DNA of 64,000 bases from Parcubacteria group bacterium M10-OD1-1 (lineage in GTDB: Bacteria > Patescibacteriota > Minisyncoccia > Moranbacterales > UBA2206), in NCBI GenBank assembly GCA_003056145.1, contig LSNL01000003.1, positions 137,993 to 201,992 of the forward strand, in the 5' to 3' direction. The notes under the pieces are model-generated. The model saw only the letters and a list, made by a program, of their open reading frames with translations, was not told the DNA's origin and searched no databases. Position 1 is the stretch's first letter. Every line of letters starts with the position of its first letter. The translations under genes were made by a program, and so were the position numbers. This document shows, piece by piece, positions 46,734 through 55,310 of this stretch.

Positions 46734-47714
46734 ATGGCACAAAATTATGGATTAGGGAGAGGATTGTCTTCTCTTATTCCACAAAAAAAAGCTACTATTG
46801 GTTATGGTAATAATATAGGAGCTAAAAAAATAAATAAAAAGATTTCTGAGCCGAAAGAGGATTTTAACTATTTTAGTCAAACAAACAATAGCTTGCAAGT
46901 TAAGACAGAAGAAAAAGAAAAGACTATAAAAAATGTCAGTTCTGGAGTTAATGAGGTTGATATCAAAGAAATTTCACCTAATCCTTATCAACCAAGAACG
47001 GTTTTTAATGAAACTAAATTATTGGAGCTAGCAGAATCAATCAAAGAACATGGAATAATTCAGCCAATCATAGTGATTGGTAAAGATGGAAAGTATGAAA
47101 TTATCGCTGGCGAAAGACGATTTCAGGCAGCTAAGATAGCAGGACTATCTAAAGTACCAGTAATTATTGAAAAAGATAAAAGTAATCAGAAAAAATTAGA
47201 ATTAGCTATTGTAGAAAATGTTCAGCGTCAAGATCTTAATCCTATTGAAGAAGCTAAATCTTATCAACGGTTAATGGAGGAATTTGATTTAGGACAAGAA
47301 GAAGTGGCTAAAAAAGTAGGTAAAAATCGGAGCGTGGTGGCTAATAAATTAAGATTTTTAAAATTACCTATTGAAATTCAGAGAAGCTTAATAGAAGGAA
47401 AAATTACAGAAGGTCATGCTAAGGCGATTTTAGCTCTTGAAAACCCAGAAAAGCAAAGAGCCTTATATGAGATGATTATTAAACTTAAATTGACCGTTAG
47501 ACAAACAGAAGAAAAAACTAAAGAAATTTCAGTACGCCCACACAAAAGAAAATTAAATGTTGATCCGTTAGTTAAACAAATTGAAGAACAGCTTTTTCAA
47601 TTATTAGGTACAAAAGTGAAAATTCAAAAATCTGGACAAGGTGGAAAAATTATTATTGATTATTATTCTCAAGAAGAATTAAATAATATTGTTAGTAAAT
47701 TTCAAACTAATTAA
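46734..47714 (+). CDS. parB: chromosome partitioning protein ParB/Spo0J (with about 70-aa N-terminal extension)
   Basis: ParB box GERRFQAAKIAGL and HTH; 326 aa. Confidence 0.85.
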   Translation: MAQNYGLGRGLSSLIPQKKATIGYGNNIGAKKINKKISEPKEDFNYFSQTNNSLQVKTEEKEKTIKNVSSGVNEVDIKEISPNPYQPRTVFNETKLLELAESIKEHGIIQPIIVIGKDGKYEIIAGERRFQAAKIAGLSKVPVIIEKDKSNQKKLELAIVENVQRQDLNPIEEAKSYQRLMEEFDLGQEEVAKKVGKNRSVVANKLRFLKLPIEIQRSLIEGKITEGHAKAILALENPEKQRALYEMIIKLKLTVRQTEEKTKEISVRPHKRKLNVDPLVKQIEEQLFQLLGTKVKIQKSGQGGKIIIDYYSQEELNNIVSKFQTN

Positions 47715-47791
47715 ATAAGTTAGTTATTAAAAAACTAGTTTACTAAAAATAGAATTTTTTAGTAACTACTTGTTGAATTTAAAAGTGTCTT

Positions 47792-49270
47792 TTAAATCAT
47801 TCCTTCTTTTTTCATAAATTTTCTAATATGACTTTTAGCCGAAGAAGTTTTAACGAATCTTAGCCAATCACGACTAGGATTTTTGTTTTCTTTAGAAGTG
47901 ATGATTTTAACGACATCTCCATTTTTAATTTTATAATCAAGAGGGACAATTCTTCCGTTAATTTTAGCTCCTGAAGTACGACTACCAATTTCACTGTGGA
48001 CTTTATAAGCAAAATCAATGGGAGTAGATTCTTCCGGTAAATCAATAATGTCACCTAAAGGAGTAAAAGCAAAGATATGATTTTTAAAAAAATCAATTTT
48101 TAGGCTTTCCATAAATTCTTTATCGTCCTTGCCTAAATCATTTTGCCACTCACGTAATTGTTTTATCCATGCTATTTCTTTGGCTGGAACTTTGGATTTT
48201 TCTGGAAAAAGGAAATTTTTAAGTCCTCGTTTTTTTTCGGAATATATCCAGTGAGCTGCAATTCCGAATTCAGCTTCATTATTCATTTTTTCCGTCCGAA
48301 TTTGAATTTCTAAAAATTTTCCTTCTGGTCCAAAAATAGTTGTGTGAATAGACTGATAGCCATTAGGTTTAGGTAAAGAAATATAATCTTTAATTCGACC
48401 AATTAAGGGACGATATTCTTTATGCACGATACCAAGAGTTTCATAACAATTAACAACCTCAGGAACAATAATTCTAATTCCAGCTAAATCGTAAATTTTA
48501 TTGATATCCATATCGTGTCTTTGTAATTTTTGAAAAAGACTATAGGGATGTTTATTGCGTCCATAGATAGCTAGAACTTTTATTTTTTCTTTAGCTAACT
48601 GTTTTTTTAAAGTTTCAACAGTTTTTTGAATATACTTTTTCCGCTGGATTTTTTCAGTGGAAGACATTTTTACAATATCAGCGTAATTTTTTGGGTCTAA
48701 GTGTTTAAAAGCTAAATCCTCTAAGCGAGCCTTAATATCTCCAATGCCTAAACGATTAGCAATAGGAGCATAAATTTCTAAGGTTTCTCTTGCAATTCTT
48801 TCTTGTTTGTCCGGAGGAAGACTAGCTAAGGTTTCCATATTATTTAAACGGTCAGCTAGCTTAATGAGAACTACTCTGATATCAGCTGCCATAGCTAAAA
48901 ACATTTTGCGGAGATTTTCTAAATAAATTTCTTCTTTAGTTCCGCGTAATTTTATCTTACCTAATTTTGTCACTCCATCTACTAACTGGGTAATCTCTGG
49001 ACCAAATTTTTTTTCTAATTCTTTTAAAGTAACTTCTGTATCTTCAGGGACATCATGAAGCACACCAGCCGCTATGGTTTTAGATCCCATTCCAATTTTA
49101 GCTAAATTAATAGCAGTATGAAGAGGATGTTGAATATAATCTTCTCCTGATTTTCTCTTTTGCCCTTGATGAGCTTTTTCTGCAAAATCGCAAGCACTTC
49201 TAATAAGTACTTCTCTTTTAGAGCTTAATCTGACACGAACATTTATTAAAACATCTTTAACGGTAACCAT
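47792..49270 (-). CDS. rel: bifunctional (p)ppGpp synthetase/hydrolase Rel/SpoT (short form)
   Basis: HD domain (HDVPEDT), synthetase domain and TGS domain; 492 aa; no ACT domain. Confidence 0.85.
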   Translation of the reverse strand: MVTVKDVLINVRVRLSSKREVLIRSACDFAEKAHQGQKRKSGEDYIQHPLHTAINLAKIGMGSKTIAAGVLHDVPEDTEVTLKELEKKFGPEITQLVDGVTKLGKIKLRGTKEEIYLENLRKMFLAMAADIRVVLIKLADRLNNMETLASLPPDKQERIARETLEIYAPIANRLGIGDIKARLEDLAFKHLDPKNYADIVKMSSTEKIQRKKYIQKTVETLKKQLAKEKIKVLAIYGRNKHPYSLFQKLQRHDMDINKIYDLAGIRIIVPEVVNCYETLGIVHKEYRPLIGRIKDYISLPKPNGYQSIHTTIFGPEGKFLEIQIRTEKMNNEAEFGIAAHWIYSEKKRGLKNFLFPEKSKVPAKEIAWIKQLREWQNDLGKDDKEFMESLKIDFFKNHIFAFTPLGDIIDLPEESTPIDFAYKVHSEIGSRTSGAKINGRIVPLDYKIKNGDVVKIITSKENKNPSRDWLRFVKTSSAKSHIRKFMKKEGMI

Positions 49271-49373
49271 AAAATTTTAGTTTAAATAAGATCAAACTTA
49301 CTTAAATTATACTCCTATTTTTAATTTTAGCTATGAAAATAATTTTAGAAATTAAGTAAGTAGCTTAAGTAAT

Positions 49374-51629
49374 CTAGCTTAAGTTTTCTTTTTCAAAATG
49401 ACATTCTTTTTTAGAACATTTTATTTTATTTTTTCCAACATAGACTAATAAACTATTGCATTGAGGACAAGTTTCTCCTGTTGGCTTATTCCAAAGTGCA
49501 AATTTACATTTAGGATAAGCATTACATCCATAAAATACTCGTCCTCGTTTAGATTTTTTTTCTACTAATTCACCTTCTTGGCATTCAGGACATTTCACCC
49601 CAGTTTTATTTTCAATTTTTTTAATATTTTTACAATTAGGATAATTAGAACAACCCAAGAAAAACCCAAAGCGACCCTTTTTAACTACCATTGGAGCTCC
49701 ACAAAGTTCACAAGTTTTACTGCCATTTTCTTTTTCAAATTTTTCTTCTACGGCTTTTTCTTCAGGCGTTTTTTCAGTATAACGGCAATTGGGATAGTTG
49801 GAACAAGCAATGAATTTTCCAAATCTTCCAAATTTAACAATTAAATCTCCACCACAATCAGGACAACTAGTGTCTAATTTTTCTTGAAAATCTTCTTTTT
49901 TTATTTCTTTAGTTTTACTTTCTAAATTCTTATGGAAAGGCTCATAAATCTTTTTTATAACAGGTACCCACTCTTTTTTCCCTTCGGCAATTTTATCTAA
50001 ATCTTTTTCTAACTGAGCGGTAAATTGATAATCTACTATTTGAGAGAAGTGTTTTACTAATAAATCTGCTACTAGCACCCCAATTTCTAAGGGATAAAGT
50101 TTTTTATTTTCATCTTTATCAACATAATTTCTTTCTATAATCGTAGAAATAGTAGGAGCATAGGTAGAAGGACGACCAATGCCATTTTCTTCTAAGGTCT
50201 TAACTAAAGTAGCTTCACTATATCTAGCTGGGGGAGCAGTAAATTTTTGTTCAGGAATTATTTTAATTAATTTCAAGTTAGTTTGCTCTTCAATAATAGG
50301 TAATAATTTTTCAGTTACAGGTGGTTTCTCTCCGTAAATTCTGAGATACCCAGCAAACTTGATAGTAGATCCGTTAGCGCGTAAAGAATAAATAGTCGTT
50401 TCTTTTTCTTTTTGAGCTGAAATATCTAAAGTCAGGCTATCCATAATAGCTGGAGACATTTGACAAGCAATCATTCTTTGCCAAATTAATTTGTATAGAC
50501 GATATTGCTTGGACTCCAAAAATTCCTTAATAGACTCTGGATCTTTTTCGGGAAAAGTCGGACGGATAGCTTCATGAGCTTCTTGAGCGCCTTTAGCTTT
50601 AGTTTTATAAAATCTAGGAGTGGCTAGAGAATATTCTGGTCCAAACTTTTTATCGATAGTTTTTTTAGCAGTTAAAAGGGATTCCAATGATAAGTTAAAA
50701 CTATCAGTACGCATATAGGTGATCAGTCCAACTGAGCCTTCTGAACCTAATTTAATTCCTTCATACAGTTGTTGAGCTAACATCATTGTTTGTTTAGTGC
50801 TGTAGCCTAATTTACTATTGGCATCTTGTTGAAGTGTGGAAGTTGTGTAAGGAGCAGGAGGATTTTTATGTACTTCTTTTTTTGTAACTTTAGAAACTTT
50901 ATAATCAGCTGTTTCTAAAAAATCAACAATTTTGGTAGATTGTTTTTTACTTTTAATGCCTAATTTGCCAAAGGCTTTATTATTTTCTTTAACTACTCTG
51001 GCTTCAAAGCTAGTTATTTTTTCTGGTTTTTTAGTTGGAGGCTTTAGTTGAGCTAAAATATTCCAATATTCTTGAGGCTTAAATTTTTCAATCTCTTTTT
51101 CTCGTTCTACGATTAAACGGAGAGCAACTGATTGAACTCGCCCAGCACTTAAACCCCTTCTAATTTTTTTCCAGAGAAAAGGAGATAGTTCATAGCCGAC
51201 TAATCTATCTAATACTCTTCTGGCTTGTTGAGCATTAACTAAATTTTCATCAATTTGACGAGTATTTTCTAATGCTTTTTCAATAGCTTTTTTAGTAATT
51301 TCATGAAAAACAATTCGCTCTATTTTGCTATTTTCTAAGCCTAAAGCTTTAACTAGATGCCAAGAGATAGCCTCTCCTTCACGGTCTTCATCAGTTGCTA
51401 AAATTACTTCCTCAGCTTTCTTAACTAGTTTTTTTAATTCTGAAACTCGGGTCTTAGCTTTATTTGGAATAACATATTTGGGAGTAAAATTATTTTCTAA
51501 GTCAATGCCCATTTCCTTTTTCGGAAGGTCTCTAATATGTCCATAAGAAGATTTGACTAGAAACTTCTTACCTAAAAATTTAGTGATAGTTTTAGCTTTA
51601 GTGGGTGACTCTACAATGACTAGTTTCAT
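49374..51629 (-). CDS. topA: DNA topoisomerase I
   Basis: TOPRIM N-terminus (LVIVESPTKAKTI ... YGHIRDLP); active-site Tyr region; C-terminal Cys4 zinc ribbons. Confidence 0.95.
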   Translation of the reverse strand: MKLVIVESPTKAKTITKFLGKKFLVKSSYGHIRDLPKKEMGIDLENNFTPKYVIPNKAKTRVSELKKLVKKAEEVILATDEDREGEAISWHLVKALGLENSKIERIVFHEITKKAIEKALENTRQIDENLVNAQQARRVLDRLVGYELSPFLWKKIRRGLSAGRVQSVALRLIVEREKEIEKFKPQEYWNILAQLKPPTKKPEKITSFEARVVKENNKAFGKLGIKSKKQSTKIVDFLETADYKVSKVTKKEVHKNPPAPYTTSTLQQDANSKLGYSTKQTMMLAQQLYEGIKLGSEGSVGLITYMRTDSFNLSLESLLTAKKTIDKKFGPEYSLATPRFYKTKAKGAQEAHEAIRPTFPEKDPESIKEFLESKQYRLYKLIWQRMIACQMSPAIMDSLTLDISAQKEKETTIYSLRANGSTIKFAGYLRIYGEKPPVTEKLLPIIEEQTNLKLIKIIPEQKFTAPPARYSEATLVKTLEENGIGRPSTYAPTISTIIERNYVDKDENKKLYPLEIGVLVADLLVKHFSQIVDYQFTAQLEKDLDKIAEGKKEWVPVIKKIYEPFHKNLESKTKEIKKEDFQEKLDTSCPDCGGDLIVKFGRFGKFIACSNYPNCRYTEKTPEEKAVEEKFEKENGSKTCELCGAPMVVKKGRFGFFLGCSNYPNCKNIKKIENKTGVKCPECQEGELVEKKSKRGRVFYGCNAYPKCKFALWNKPTGETCPQCNSLLVYVGKNKIKCSKKECHFEKENLS

Positions 51630-51679
51630 AAGTAGTAAATTTAAATTTATTTAAATAAATAATAAGTGGAGTTAGTTTA

Positions 51680-52753
51680 TTATAATTGAATATAGTTTTG
51701 TCCGCCAATATTTTTAATCCAGCCTTTAATTTCTAGCATTGCTAAATTAGAAGCGACAATGGCAGTTTGAAGTTTAACTAGTTTTGCAATATTGTCAATG
51801 TGAATAGGCGTGGAGGATAAAATTTTCATTATTTTTTCTTCTTCTAAATTAGCAGGTTTCTGAGTTGGAGTTACCGGGGATGGAATAAAAGAAAAATTTA
51901 TTTCTTCTAAAATATCTTTTAAACCGGTAACTACCTTAGCCCCGTTTTTAATCAAATTATTAGTGCCTTTAGACTCTGGAGATAGAATAGAACCCGGAAC
52001 AGCTAAAACTTCTCTATTATATTCTAACGCCATTTGAGCAGTTATTAAAGTTCCACTTTTTTCTCCAGCTTCTATTACTAGGGTGCCAAGAGTCAAACCA
52101 GCTACAATTCTATTTCTAGCAGGAAAAGTCATTCTTCCCGCTGGAGTTTCTAATGGATATTCACTTAATAAAGCCCCATTTTGGATTATTTCTCTAGATA
52201 AATTAAAATTATATCGAGGATAGATATTTCTATCGTCTAGGCTGTTACCTAAAATAGCCAGAGTCTTTCCTTCTCCTTGGATAGCTCCTTGATGAGCAAA
52301 AGCATCAATTCCTAAAGCCATACCACTAACAATAATTATTCCTAGTTTTGCTAATTCTTTAGCTATTTTGAATGCAACTTGAGAGCCGTAAGGGGTATAT
52401 TTACGAGCACCTACAATAGCTAACATTGGCGATTGGTTAAAACTAAATTTACCGCGTTGATATAAAATATAAGGGGGATTATGAATTTCTTTTAGAAGGG
52501 TGGGATAATTTTTATCAGAGAGAGCAATTATATTAATGGATTCCTTTTGTAACTTATCCCATTCTTCAATAGGGTTGATTTGTTTTCTGGCAAAAACTAT
52601 TTTTTCAGCTAATTTTTCACTAATTGGAGCATTCTTTAAAGCAGTTAAATTAGCTTTCCAAATATTTTCAGGAGAGGCAAATTGATTAAGCAGAAGTCTA
52701 ATTTTTTGAGAGCCAACACCAGAAATTTTATTGAGGGCGTTAAGATATTTCAT
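51680..52753 (-). CDS. dprA: DNA processing protein DprA/Smf
   Basis: Rossmann-like DprA core (GMALGIDAFAHQGA) with N-terminal SAM-like and C-terminal winged-helix regions. Confidence 0.85.
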   Translation of the reverse strand: MKYLNALNKISGVGSQKIRLLLNQFASPENIWKANLTALKNAPISEKLAEKIVFARKQINPIEEWDKLQKESINIIALSDKNYPTLLKEIHNPPYILYQRGKFSFNQSPMLAIVGARKYTPYGSQVAFKIAKELAKLGIIIVSGMALGIDAFAHQGAIQGEGKTLAILGNSLDDRNIYPRYNFNLSREIIQNGALLSEYPLETPAGRMTFPARNRIVAGLTLGTLVIEAGEKSGTLITAQMALEYNREVLAVPGSILSPESKGTNNLIKNGAKVVTGLKDILEEINFSFIPSPVTPTQKPANLEEEKIMKILSSTPIHIDNIAKLVKLQTAIVASNLAMLEIKGWIKNIGGQNYIQL

Positions 52754-52871
52754 TATAAGTTGAATAATAGATCTTTTATTTAGAATAGCATAATCATAAT
52801 TATCTTGACAAATATTTAATATATGCTAAAATAGTTGGAACTAAAAATAATCATTTAAAATTGTTAATTCA

Positions 52872-53933
52872 ATGGATAATAATCAAAAAAGAAGCCAGAT
52901 GAAAAAGAATCAAAAAGCTCAATGGCTATTTTTAACTTTAACTAATAATTTAATTGCTGATTTAGGTGAAAGATCACAAGAAATTATTAAGAAGAGATTT
53001 GGTCTTTCTGTTGAGAAAGGGGAAACTTTAGAGAAAATTGGAACACGCTACGAAGTAACAAGAGAGAGAATTAGGCAAGTAATTGCAGAATCTTTAAAAA
53101 AAGTTACTGATAAGATTAAAGAAGAAGAATTTGAAAAAGTCCAACAAAGAATTATTTTTACAATTGATAAAAATAATGGTATTATTAAAGAAACGGATAT
53201 TATTAAAAAATTTAATTTAGAGGAAACTAAAGAGGCTAACGCTATAAAGTTTTTTGTTATCTGTTTACAAGATATCTATTCAATAGAAGAAAAAGGATTG
53301 ATTGAAAAATCGTGGATTATGTCTAAAGAAATTCTTCAAAATGTTAAAAAAATTATTTTAACTGCTGAAAAAATTTTTCAAAAAGAAAAAAAGATTTTAT
53401 CAGAAAAAGATATTGTGGAAAAAATTAGTTTATTAAACCCAAGTTTTTCTTCAGAACAAATTCTTAATTTGTTAAGAGTTTCAGTCCGAGTTAAAAAAAA
53501 TAATTTTAATAAGTGGGGTTTATCAACTTGGGATGAAATTAGCCCTAAGGGTACAAGAGAAAGAGTCTACTTATTATTAAAAGAAAAAAATAAACCTCTG
53601 CATTTTACAGAAATTGCTCAATTAATTGATAAGTATAAAATAGGTAAGAAAAAAGCTCATCCTCAAACTATTCATAATGAATTAATTAAAGATGATAGAT
53701 TTGTACTAATTGGGAGAGGAGTTTATGCTTTAAAGGAGTGGGGATATTTTAAGGGCACAATTAAAGAAGTAATAAGAGATATTTTAAAAAAATATCGTCA
53801 ACCATTGAATAAAGAAACAATTGTTGGGGAAGTTTTAAAAATTAGAAGAGTTAAAAAAGCCACTGTAATAATTAATCTGAATAACTCTCAACTATTTCAA
53901 AAAAAGAATAATTTATATGAATTAAAAAAGTAA
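52872..53933 (+). CDS. sigma-70 region-4-like HTH protein with a long C-terminal domain
   Basis: N-terminal LGERSQEIIKKRFGL...TLEKIGTRYEVTRERIRQV matches sigma-70 region 4; the remaining about 270 aa are unassigned. Confidence 0.5.
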   Translation: MDNNQKRSQMKKNQKAQWLFLTLTNNLIADLGERSQEIIKKRFGLSVEKGETLEKIGTRYEVTRERIRQVIAESLKKVTDKIKEEEFEKVQQRIIFTIDKNNGIIKETDIIKKFNLEETKEANAIKFFVICLQDIYSIEEKGLIEKSWIMSKEILQNVKKIILTAEKIFQKEKKILSEKDIVEKISLLNPSFSSEQILNLLRVSVRVKKNNFNKWGLSTWDEISPKGTRERVYLLLKEKNKPLHFTEIAQLIDKYKIGKKKAHPQTIHNELIKDDRFVLIGRGVYALKEWGYFKGTIKEVIRDILKKYRQPLNKETIVGEVLKIRRVKKATVIINLNNSQLFQKKNNLYELKK

Positions 53934-54018
53934 ATAGTTTAGTAGGTTGCGACTACTAGGATAGAAAGATATTAGAAATGAATAGTAGAATAGCTAAAAA
54001 TAAAGAAAACAAAAATCA

Positions 54019-55290
54019 ATGAATAATATTAATCAGTTTTTTCAAATCATTAAAGTTATTGGTGAAACTATTTATTTTTTTTGGTGGATTATTTTCCCTA
54101 TTACTTTTTATTATATTTTTAAAATTATTTGGATTGACTTTGTTGCTATATATTCATCTCATTCTTGGTATAACAGTCAGAAGTGGTCTTTACTGGAAAT
54201 TATTCCTCCCAGAGAAATTGAGAAAGGTCCTCAAATGATGGAGAATATTTTTATTGGTTTAACTGGAGTTTTAACAACTTTTGATACTTTCTCGGAATAT
54301 ATTACAGGGGCGTGGTATCATGATCGTTTCACTGTTGAATTAATAGGAGCAGAAGGAAAAATTCATTTTTATATTCGTACTCAGAAAAAATATAGAAATA
54401 TGGTTAGGTCGCATATTTATGCACAATATCCAGATGCTCAAATTCTAGAAGTAGAGGATTATGTGGAAAATTTTCCTAAAGTTGTACCTAATAAACACTG
54501 GGATATGTGGGGAACTGATTTTGAATTTGTGGCTAATGATGCAATTCCTATTAAAACGTATGATAAATTTGAAGAAAATGTAACTGGTGAAATGATTGAT
54601 CCGATGGCAGCTTTAACGGAATCTCTTGGCTCTTTAGCTCCTGGACAACATCTTTGGCTTCAATTTATTTTGCAACCTTTGCCAGAGCCAAGAAAGAAAG
54701 AGTTGGAAGGAATTATTAAAGAATTAAAAGGTGAGGCAAAGGAATCATTTAACGGCGTAGCTCAGGATTTATTAGAAGTTTTAAATTTGAAAAATATTAT
54801 TAAAGGTCTTTTTACGAAGATAGAATTTCAGGGCACTGAAAAGGATGTTTTACAACCTTTAGAGTTTAGACTTTCTCCAATGGAAAAAGAGCGTTTAAAG
54901 GCGACAGAAGAAAATTTAGGGAGAAATCTTTTTAGCACTAAAATGAGAATGATTTACTTGGGACGAAGAGAAAATTTTGATAAATCTAATATGTCAGCTT
55001 TTATTGGAGCCATCAAACAATTTAATGATTTAAATTTAAATCAAGTAAAGCCAGAGGATATAAGTAAAACTTACGCTAATATTTTTTTTACTGAGGGTAG
55101 ATTAGCACTAAGAAAAAGAAAGCTGTACGATCGTTATAAAAAAAGAAATATGGATGGGAAAAAGATAATATTTTCTACTAAAGAATTAGCGACAGTATTC
55201 CATTTTCCTGATATGGGAGTTAAGACTCCAGCCATTCAAAGAGTAGACTCTAAATTGGGTTCAGCGCCGGGTAATTTACCAATAAAATAA
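54019..55290 (+). CDS. membrane-anchored hypothetical protein (423 aa)
   Basis: Two N-terminal TM helices then a large soluble domain; likely translationally coupled to the downstream ATPase (20-nt gap). Confidence 0.5.
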   Translation: MNNINQFFQIIKVIGETIYFFWWIIFPITFYYIFKIIWIDFVAIYSSHSWYNSQKWSLLEIIPPREIEKGPQMMENIFIGLTGVLTTFDTFSEYITGAWYHDRFTVELIGAEGKIHFYIRTQKKYRNMVRSHIYAQYPDAQILEVEDYVENFPKVVPNKHWDMWGTDFEFVANDAIPIKTYDKFEENVTGEMIDPMAALTESLGSLAPGQHLWLQFILQPLPEPRKKELEGIIKELKGEAKESFNGVAQDLLEVLNLKNIIKGLFTKIEFQGTEKDVLQPLEFRLSPMEKERLKATEENLGRNLFSTKMRMIYLGRRENFDKSNMSAFIGAIKQFNDLNLNQVKPEDISKTYANIFFTEGRLALRKRKLYDRYKKRNMDGKKIIFSTKELATVFHFPDMGVKTPAIQRVDSKLGSAPGNLPIK

Positions 55291-55310
55291 TTTTTTTTAT
55301 TAAATAAACA

